From Eledone cirrhosa (lineage: Eukaryota): a stretch of 64,000 nt of DNA. The stretch is from the NCBI GenBank assembly GCA_964016885.1, contig OZ024752.1, positions 36,022,001 to 36,086,000 on the forward strand. Direction: 5' to 3'. The first letter of the stretch is position 1; each line of letters starts with the position of its first letter. The notes below the pieces were generated by a model. The model was not told the DNA's origin, ran no database searches, and saw nothing but the letters and a program-made list of their open reading frames with translations. The position numbers were made by a program, and so were the translations under genes. Below are positions 54,185-64,000 of the stretch, in pieces.

Positions 54185-54426
54185 TATTTTAAACACTTCT
54201 TCAGATGTAGTTAATTGATTTAGGGGATAAATATAATTATTATCTTGACATTTGAGTCGTTTTGATATTTTGACATTTTGATATTTTGGTTACGATTGTC
54301 GTCTAATTGTCTCAAAATCTTAAAATATACATTGAACGGGGTGAAGAGGAGAGGGGTACTTATTTCCTTCTTCTATAATATACATAGTTTGAGGTTATTC
54401 TTGTTGATAATATCAATAGTAACCCT

Positions 54427-55140
54427 AGGTTAACTTTGCCTTTCAATCTTGCGGGGTCAATAAAATAAAGTACCAGTAATGCACTGAGGGTCGATTTAAT
54501 CGACATGCCCTTCCCCAAAAAATGGTTGGCCTTGTGCCTAAATTATTATCATTATTACGGTGGATTGGCAATATCGGTAGAGGGTCGGACGCCATGCTTT
54601 CCAGCATAGAGTTACGGCCCTTTAGAAATCATTATTACGGTGGATTGGCAGTATCGGTAGAGGGTCGGACGCCATGCTTTGGCGCATAGAGTTACGGCCC
54701 TTGCCATTCTGAGTTCAAATCCCGCCGAGGTTAACTTTGCCTTTCATCCTTACGGGGTCGATAAAATAAAGTACCAGTATGCTGGCCTTGTGCCAAAAGT
54801 AGAAACAATTATTTATTTCAAAATACTCAAATAAATTTTTGTAGAATAAAATTATATAAAAATGATAAAGAATTTAGTATTTAGTTGAACAAATAGAAAA
54901 AGAAAGTATTATTGGAAAGGACTATTGGGCGGTTGGTTGGAAAGGACAAAGGGCGGTTGATTGGCAGTATCAGTAGACGGTCGGACGCCATGCTTTGACG
55001 CATAGAGTTACGTCCCTTTACGACCTGAGTTCAAATCCCGCCGAGGTTGACTTTGCCTTTCATCCTTACGGGGTCGATAAAATAAAGTACCAGTAATGCA
55101 CTGGGTAATTTGCTGGCCTTGTGCCTAAAGTAGAAACAAT
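54427..55140 (+). mobile_element. Cluster of Meta-like SINE copies
   Basis: Copies or fragments at about 54427, 54558, 54638 and 54950. Confidence 0.8.
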
Positions 55141-55880
55141 TATTGGAAAGGACTATAAATGCTATAAATGAGAGGAAAGGAAAGAGGGGGAAAAGATTAT
55201 TAGACAACAACAAAAAAATGGCAAAGGGGGTAGGGTGAGACCCAACACCTATGTCAGAGCAGTAATTATATATACACAATACACACACACACAAAGAAAG
55301 TGTGGTAAGGAACCAGGTGGACCATAACGCACCAGAGTACTCGATACTTAGGGTTGTAGAGTGGGTAATAGGAAAAGAATAAGGACCCCGACGGCTGACC
55401 TCCGGCCGTTTCGACAGCTAGATCCGATCTAACTGTCGAAACGGCCGGAGCTCAGCCGTCGGGGTCCTGACTCTTTTCCTATATATATATATGTGCGGGG
55501 GTGGGGGGGGGTCTGTGGGTCTCTGTGTGTGTGTGTTATGTTTGTAAGTTATTACAATGAGCTCGCATCTTACGCCACCAGTCGGTCCGCCCTCAAAGCT
55601 GCCACGTAATTAGAAAAAAAACCATTATGTTCAAGAAAAACCCCTTATATAAAAAGTACCTATGTACATCGATGTTTTGAAAGGGACATGACATCGGGTT
55701 CTCTGAGGAGGGGTTCTGGAAAAGAATGATAACGGGAGAGATTCCAGTTTGGCGCCGAATGACGTTAAAATGTGCAGCTTTTTCGAGTTTTATAAGAGTA
55801 AATAGAATATTTTCCGACAGCATGTATTTAAAACTGCAGTTTAAAATCGTGTAAGATCAGGGAATCATTGGTATTATATA

Positions 55881-56235
55881 GGGACCCACCGTACTGTATG
55901 GTGACCCACTGTACTACATGATGACCCACGGTACTGTATGGTGATCCACTGTACTATATGATGACCCACCATACTATATGGTGACCCACCGTACTGTATG
56001 GTGACCCACCGTACTGTATAGTGACCCACAGTACTATATGGTGACCCACCGTACTATATGGTGATCCACCGTACTGTATGGTGACCCACCGTACCATATG
56101 ATGACCCACCGTACTATATGGTGACCCACTGTACCATATGATGACCCACCGTACTGTATGGTGACCCACCGTACTATATGACCCACCGTACTATATGGTG
56201 ACCCACCGTACTGTATGGTGACCCACGGTACTGTG
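55881..56235. repeat. 20-bp minisatellite
   Basis: gtgacccaccgtactgtatg units. Confidence 0.9.
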
Positions 56236-56449
56236 TGTAACTGTGTATGTATGTGTGTCAGTGTATCTGTCTGTGACTCAGTGTATGTATGTGTCAGTGT
56301 GTTTGTGTGAGTGTCAGTATATGTGTGTGTGTAATATGTATATGTGCGTGCGCGCGCGTGTGTGTGTGTGCGTGTGCGCGTGAGTGTGTGTCAGTGTATG
56401 ACCTATATATGAACTAAAAGTAATTTTGAACCAGAATTAACGGAGTCAG

Positions 56450-59400
56450 ATTTTCTAAAAAGAATCCAGAGATAAGAGCAACGAGTCCCAAAAACTCCTC
56501 TCAGTTGTCCAAAGATTAAAACATCCAAACACTCGTCTCAGCCGTCCAAACATCCAAACGGAAGTGGGGATACTCACAAGCCCACAGCTGTCAGAACGTG
56601 TTATGGACTGGATCCCATTAAGAGGGAGGATTTGCTTCTTGAGGCTTAGGTCTGAAAGATAGGTCTCTGTGGGACCCAACAAGGCTTCCGAATACAGATC
56701 CTTCCTTGATGAAGTCACTGCAGCATTAATTAGATGTAGTTAAGATTGAGTCATATATCCTGATGGGAGACTTAAATACACATATTGGCACTGACCACCT
56801 GACATGGGAAGCAGTGATTGGAAGGAACGGCGACCTCCATCTAAATATGAATGGAGAGACCTGATTATACTTCTGTTCTAGCAATAGACTCTCTATTATG
56901 AACACCTTCTCCCAGCAGAGACTCCCATCTCTTCGATTCTGTACTGGAGGTCTGTGTTAAGAGAGGGGCTGATCATCATCTAGTTATCTGCAACTTGAGG
57001 CTACCTAAAGCTAAGGAAGTCCACAAAACTGGCAAGTCCAGGGTGACCTACAGGATAAAGTGAGAAGCGTTGGTGGATAAGAAAGTCAGGACCAGGTATC
57101 ATCATCATCATTTTACGTCCACTTTTCCCTACTTGCAAGGGTGGGACGGGAACTGATTCTGGCTTGATTTCTACAGCTGGATGCCCTTCCTAACACCAAC
57201 CTCATTTACAGTGAGTGCTGGGTGCTTTTTTGCCGTGGCACCTCCACGACCACTTTGCAGTGGAATGATAGGGACCCCAGTCCCTATCATCTCATTTCTA
57301 CAGCTGAGTAAACTGGAGCAATGTGAAATAAAGTGTCTTGCTCAAGGAAACAACACATCACCTGATCTGATAATTGAACTCACAACCTTTCAATTGCAAG
57401 GCCAATGCTCTAACCACTAAGCCATGTGCCTCTTCATGCAGACACTATTGCATCCAAATTCAGAGAACTTCCTGAGCAAACTGAGGACGTTGAGATAGAG
57501 TAGAGATTGTTCAGCTCAGCAGTTAAATGCTGCGGGCAAAAGAGGATTAGTGTGGCACTGGATGGCCTACAAATCTTGGCTTGGGAATAAGTCCTCCTTC
57601 TTGCACTTCTGGTACAAACAAATACGAAGTTCCAAAGTTAAGATACGAGAGGACTTTGGGGTTAAGCTGGAATCCGACTTCAGATTAGCAAATAAAGTGT
57701 TTTGGCAAACCATCAGCCGACTTTGTAATAAGACCTATCAAGAATGTGCCTGGGGTTCTCCTGTCTTCAGAGAGGTGCATCCTCAGGTGGTGGAGAGAAT
57801 ACTTTGCTGATCTCCTAAACCTGATCACAACAGCACCTTTTGATAGACACGAGGTGCATCTGGGAGCAAGGACCAATATTTCGGATGCTGGGGTCACACG
57901 AGCCGTTAAAGAATTCAAATGTGGCAAGGCTACAGGGGATGATGAAATCTGGCCTGAGAAGTTAAAAGCCTTAAATAGAGAAGGTATTTTGTGTCTGACT
58001 CGTATGACGGGTAGCCTGGATCTCTAGAAAGGCACCTAAGCAATGACAATTGGGAGTGATAATCCCAATTTTCAAAAGGGGAGATGAGAGATTGTTCCAA
58101 TTACAGAGGGATTGTTAAGCCTCCCCAGTAAAGTTTATGCTAAGTGTCTGGCAAAGAGATGTAGGGAGATTGTTGAGTCCAAGATAGCTGATGAACAGTG
58201 TGATTTTCGCCTCAGATGCAGTACAGCAGACGAAATATTCACACTGCGGCAGGTCTTAAAGAAATCGTGGGAGTATTGGCAAGCGGTATATTCTTGTTTT
58301 GTAGACCTTGAAAAGGCATATGACCACGGTCCTCAAGACCTGCTGTAAAAAGTTCTGCAGGGGTATGGGATCAATGGTCAGCTTCTTGTTGCTCTGATGT
58401 CTCTATATGAATACCCAAGTATTTGTGTTCGGATAAATGGTGCTAAATTGAAACCATTCAATGCGGGAGTCGGACTCTGCCATGGGTGCATACTGACATC
58501 TTTCCTGTTCATTATTTTCATGAACAGGATTGACATGTGCAGCCGGATAGCAAGTGGTATCACGACTGACATAGTGTTACTTAACTCGGCAGAAGATGAT
58601 CTCCAACTTGCCCATGAGTAATTTGATACAGAGTGCTGCATGGCTGGAATGAAAATCAGTGCCATGAAAACTGAGACTCTCGTCCTCTCGCGGAAGCCTG
58701 CTCAGTGCACGCTACAAGGTAGAGAAATTCAAATATCTCAGGGCCATGTTCACAAGTGATGGAAGGCAGGAGGCGGAATTAACTGCAAGTATTGTGGGAG
58801 CTGGTGCAGTAATGCGCCAGCATCAGTGTTCGGTAATCAGAAGTAGGTGTAAAAGCCAAACTTGCTATCTTCAATTCGATATTCATGCCAACCCTTACCT
58901 ATGGTCATGAATTTTAGGTAATGACCGAAAAAAATGGCCAAAATGGGATTCCTCCGAAGGGTCTTTGGAATAACATTACTTGATAGAGTGTGTAGCTCAG
59001 AAGTCAGAGTCACTCCAGGTGGAGCCACTACTTCTCCAAATTGAGAAACCACAGCTCTGATACTATGGGCATGTGGTTAGAATGTGTCAGGAAAGAATTG
59101 CTGGAGTCACTCCAGGTAGAGCTGTGACATCTCTGAATTGAGGGACCACAGCTCTGATACTATGGGCATGTGGTTAGAATGTGTCAGGAAAGAATTGCTG
59201 GAGTCACTCCAGGTAGAGCTGTGACATCTCTGAATTGAGGGACCACAGCTCTGATACTATGGGCATGTGGTTAGAATGTGTCAGGAAAGAATTGCTGGAG
59301 TCACTCCAGGTAGAGCTGTGACATCTCTGAATTGAGGGACCACAGCTCTGATACTATGGGCATGTGGTTAGAATGTGTCAGGAAAGAATTGCTGGAGTCA

Positions 59401-59965
59401 CTCCAGGTAGAGCTGTGACATCTCTGAATTGAGGGACCACAGCTCTGATACTATGGGCATGTGGTTAGAATGTGTCAGGAAAGAATTGCTGGAGTCACTC
59501 CAGGTAGAGCTGTGACATCTCTGAATTGAGGGACCACAGCTCTGATACTATGGGCATGTGGTTAGAATGTGTCAGGAAAGAATTGCTGGAGTCACTCCAG
59601 GTAGAGCTGTGACATCTCTGAATTGAGGGACCACAGCTCTGATACTATGGGCATGTGGTTAGAATGTGTCAGGAAAGAATTGCTGGAGTCACTCCAGGTA
59701 GAGCTGTGACATCTCTGAATTGAGGGACCACAGCTCTGATACTATGGGCATGTGGTTAGAATGTGTCAGGAAAGAATTGCTGGACAGATTTTACAAGCAA
59801 AACCAACCGGCAGGAAACCCATGAGTAGAGCTCAAGCAAGATGGTTGGATAACATCCATGAGCTTGGCTGGTGTCACTTGAGGCTCTAGCCAGAAGTAAG
59901 GAGTGTTTGAGGACTCTTTTCCCCCACAACCTTCTCAACAACAATAAGAGCAACAGCAACAAGAA
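56450..59965 (+). mobile_element. Decayed near-full-length RTE-clade LINE (AP endonuclease + RT)
   Basis: MGDLN.HIG, IMNTF, IPIFKRG, NYRGI, DEQCDFR, FVDLEKAYD, GLCHGCILTSFLF, YYGHVVRM; many stops and frameshifts; insert at about 57097-57440; (CAA)-rich tail. Confidence 0.9.
59007..59782. repeat. About 97-bp tandem repeat expanded within the LINE 3' region
   Basis: gagtcactccaggtagagc...aggaaagaattgctg recurs at 59104, 59201, 59298 and onward; about 8 copies. Confidence 0.9.
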
Positions 59966-61763
59966 ACATACCTGGCAGTTTTATCCATAGAAAATGATAT
60001 AAGAAATATAAGCAAAATATTGCAATAAATAATAAATTTATTAAAAGCATTATTTATATAAAAATAGGTACAAAGCCAGGAGCTGATTTTTATTTATTTA
60101 TCAGCCTACTAATTTAAATTATTTAAATTTTAAATCAGCCAAACCATTTTTTTCATGCTTCTATGATACATAAATGAAACAGTTTTAATATTTTAAAATT
60201 TTTAATTAAAAAAAAAAAAAGTTTAATTATATTTCAAAGACAGAGATACTTTGAAATAAATACCTTAGCCACAAAGCGGGCATATATTTAAACTAAAATA
60301 AAAACTTTAGATTTTAGAACCATCCAAACTTTGACAATCAATAGATTTGCATGAAAATAAGTTTCCCATGTTGAACAAAAAAAAAAACTGCAGAATTACT
60401 GTGGTTATATTTTCAATAATAAGGAAAGCGAAAATTTTTATGCAAACCTTACTTATCAAAAGATATAGGGGAAAAAACATTATTGCTAATTGTGTCATGA
60501 TTCCAATAATTTGATTATATGTAAAATGAAAGTCACATACCAATTCATAGCTTTAAAAGATAAACATTTGTTATGTTTTGTTGTGTTTTTTAAATATTTA
60601 TGTTCATAGTTCTAATAAATTACACTGCTTATATATTTCAATTAACTTTGAAAAGAATTAAGTATTTGGTTAGTAAAATAACTAACAAATTGTTTTCATC
60701 ATGATGATAGGTTTAATTTAAATATGAACATTTAACATTTTAGATTTGGCAGTTTTGTATAAGAGAGCCAACAAAAGGCAGTTTCAGGCAAGTTGGTATC
60801 AAAAGTGAGTTAGGGAATCGATCGACAACATCCTAGACCTCGTTCGCTTACCGAGTGGTGTCTGGAGTGGAACTCATCAAATCAGACCAAAGAAACAATG
60901 TTTCCATTGCTGATACTATTTACCAGTTACAACTGCTGACAGAAAGAGCAATATGAAATAAATAAAGTGTCTTGCTCAAGAACATAATGCACTGCCCAGT
61001 CCGGTTATCAAACTAGCAACCTCACAATTGTGAATCCAATTCTCTAACCACTAAGCCATGTACCTTCAAAAGAGTTAAGAACAATTAAATATACTTTTAT
61101 TAATCTGAAACTTCATAATGATGACCAAAACTCAAATAAAAACACATAAAACATAAAAAAAACTTCCTATATTTTATCTTTTCTTATCAACTGAATATTA
61201 TTTATTAATGATGTTAAATAAATTCAAACTTAACTGCACAGCAAATATATCTTCAGAATTAATTATATTCACTCCAAGTAGATGGTTAAAGTTTAAACAA
61301 TATATTTAGAGAGAGAAGAAATATTGAAAAAAAAATATATATTTTCAGAATTAATTATATTCAGTCCAAGTAGATGGTTAAAGTTTAAACAATTTATTTA
61401 GAGAGAGAAGAAATATTTTAAAACAAAATTTATAGGATTTATTTTTTTCTTTTTATTCAGCTGGATTACGTTCCGTCAGATGAGGTAGGCATGTTCCGAT
61501 ATTACATACATCTGGTATGGGTAGCAATACTAAAGTTTCGAGAATATTTGCCATTATAATTCAGATCAAATAAAAGAGAATAAAACTAAGAGAAAAAAAG
61601 AGTTTAAAAAGCTGATTTAATGCCAACAAAAGACTGAGATTCTTTTAAAAACAAGAACACTTTTTTTTTTCTGAAATGAGATTTAAAATCAGTTAAAAAA
61701 AGATTGTGCAGCTCAATATACTTGCTAACAAACAGAGAAATGTTTGCTGGTGAACCTCAATTA

Positions 61764-62122
61764 TTAAGATACTAATGTAGTTGTTTCAACTACATTATTA
61801 CAACCAGATGAAGCATTTTCTACATTATTCGAATGATCTGTTTCACTAAAGTTTTCTTTTTCAGAAGTTTCAATGTGCTGCTGCTGCTGAGGAGAAGAAG
61901 AAGATGCCCCTTCACATGCATTGCTAGATTCAGAAGAAGTAACAACAGGTTTTTCACTAGATAAAGATACCTCCTCAGAAGGATGTGAAGAATCTTCAGC
62001 TTTAATAGTGTCTTTCTGATTGGTTGCTTGCTTCAGTTCTGTAGCAGGACTAGTTTCTGATGAACCCACATTTTTTGTCTTAGTAGTTTCATTCTTACTC
62101 TCCGCTTGGTTGGCCGATTCAC
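61764..62122 (-). CDS. Probable terminal coding exon of an unidentified host gene (Ser/Glu/Thr-rich disordered C-terminus)
   Basis: Non-repetitive open frame ESANQAESK...TTLVS*; acceptor ttttttgtaaactag at 62123; followed by repeat-poor AT-rich 3'UTR-like DNA with AATAAA (-) at 60037-60042. Confidence 0.7.
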
Positions 62123-62764
62123 CTAGTTTACAAAAAATTAAATCAACCAAGTATTAAAAGACTAAATTAAAACAAATAATTTTATAATAGATGTTACCAA
62201 ATATATATTTATTTCCCGTTAAGGGTGAAAGCAGCGTTGCTTAAACTTTAATCTGTTATTTTAATAAATATTTGCTCTACGGTTCTTATATATCTGATAT
62301 ATATTTATCCTTATTGAGCCCTCTTTGGATTTTAGTCTTCACATTTATTATTATTACTATATATATATATATATATATAAAGAATGGTGTGCTCTGCATG
62401 GAGATGCTATGAAATAGGGTGAAGACCCTTAACCCTTACAGACCTGGGCCCCTCTGTCTAACTTTACGCTCTCTTTGGGCTCCTGAGCAAACAATTAGTT
62501 ATATACACAGCTGAAGAGTAATGATTACAGACAAACTAATGAACAGAATGAACACAAGGTGCAATAAATGTGTCTACCCACCCTTCATCTAGATATATAT
62601 ATAACGCACTCTTATCAGTATCAGTTGTGCAAGGGCCACACTGAAATTGTTCACCCAAATCACTACTTTCACAAGTTTCCCTCTCCAAATCACTCTCGCT
62701 GTTAGTATAAAGGTAAATTTGATGAAATTCTTGCTCACACTTGTCCATAGAATAAATGTCATCA

Positions 62765-63070
62765 ATCAAGAGGTTGTGAGTTCAATTCTCAGACTGGGTG
62801 ATGCATTGTGTCCTTGAGCAAGTCACTTTATTTCAAATTGCTCCAGTTTGCTCAGCTGTAGAAATGAGTTGCGACATCACTGGTGCCAATCTGTATCGGC
62901 CCTTGCCTTACCCTTGTGCAACATCTGTGGCGTGGAGAGGGGAGACTGGTATGTATGGGCAACTGCTGGTCTTCCACAAACAACCTTGCCTGGACTTATG
63001 CTTTGGAGGGGAACTTTCTAGATACAAATCCCATGGTCTTTTGTAACTGATGATGGTCTTTTTTAAACTT
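62765..63070 (+). mobile_element. CORE-like SINE, intronic
   Basis: gagttcaattc B box; cattgtgtccttgagcaagtcacttt. Confidence 0.7.
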
Positions 63071-63136
63071 ACCCATTATCTACTAATTCACAACCTTGCT
63101 AAGTATTGACAACAATTTAAAGAACACTATACTTAC

Positions 63137-63184
63137 TATCTAGATTTTGTGAAGCTAGGCTAGAATCATTCTTACATTTCTGAC
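63137..63184 (-). CDS. Probable 48-nt upstream exon of the same gene
   Basis: Long T-tract plus ccag acceptor, gtaagt donor; phase 1-1; reads xQKCKNDSSLASQNLD in frame with the terminal exon. Confidence 0.6.
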
Positions 63185-64000
63185 CTGGAAAAAAAAAAAA
63201 AAAAAACAAGTTTAAAAAAATTATTTCTAAGATATTTGAAGGAAAGAAAGTTGTAACGAGAACAAAATTTAAAAATAATAAATAAAATCAATTTGTTTAC
63301 TGAATGGATTTGTAAACATGGCTAGAGTGAGAAGTACTGGTATTTGATGGAAAAGTGTCCACTGGTAGATATGTTGAACTTCAGGCCAGCTATAATCAAG
63401 CAGACCTATTTGTAAACATAGCAAGAGTGAGAAGTATTGAATATACTCAAATATAAGCCAACCCCGTCCCACCACCACCACCACCACCACCTATTTTATG
63501 TCTGAGAAATGGGCAAAAATCCAAACCCCGTTTTACAAGCTGTGGCAGCTAATCAACACACTATTTAGATGCCATATATATATATTATAAGCCAACCACC
63601 CATTTTACTATCAATTTTTTGGTCACATATTTCTCTGCTTATATTTCAGTATATATGATACTCCTGATATGAGATGGAACAGAGTTCATACATCATCATC
63701 ATCATCTTCTTCATTTACCATCCATTTCCAACACTGACATGGGTTAGAAGGGTTGTCACATTATGAGATAATTCAGGTGAGATGACCACATCTTGCTCAT
63801 ACGGATCTGTATTTTGGCTTGGTTTCAACCAAAGACGAGTCCCAGCAATAGTTGGGGATTAACCCTGTGAGGGACTGGCATCCTGTGCAGGGAGAAGTTT
63901 TATATTCTGAGTCGCTTCACACCACAGAAACCGGGATAAACACCGGCCCGATAAGCCTCTGGAAGCTCAAGACAAACTTTAGACTTAGATATAAACTGAA

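Noticed and set aside
61252-61417. About 75-bp direct duplication in the putative 3'UTR
   Set aside because: Simple local tandem duplication with no further signal
62430-62769. Acidic ORF as an additional host exon
   Set aside because: Ends in a stop within the predicted intron, and a TTAA-CCCTT end nearby hints at a DNA-transposon remnant; too weak to call either way

Overview
AT-rich, repeat-dense animal genomic DNA. The microsatellite load and SINE types suggest an octopus-like coleoid cephalopod, which is an inference. Almost all listed ORFs are microsatellite artefacts. Real content: the 3' end of a minus-strand host gene (about 60.0-63.2 kb), tRNA-derived SINEs (Meta-like and CORE-like), decayed RTE and Tx1-like LINEs, a mariner fragment plus mariner-type MITEs, and many minisatellites. 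The main signal is that the (TA)n tracts hold dozens of short insertions from at least 10 unrelated families sharing one design: (TA)n, an inverted arm, a direct arm, a 3' tail, then (TA)n. About 20 of these arms fold by eye into type I hammerhead ribozymes (stem I, CUGANGA, stem II, GAAA, palindromic stem III, NUH, stem I). They include U3:A8 core variants and versions with stem II of about 50-115 nt. Tails of unrelated families share a GAG-centred motif. This fits pseudo-LTR ends of (TA)n-targeting Penelope-like retroelements, and a decayed Neptune-like GIY-YIG remnant lies at about 1.7-2.6 kb. All folds and alignments were read manually; nothing was computed or searched.
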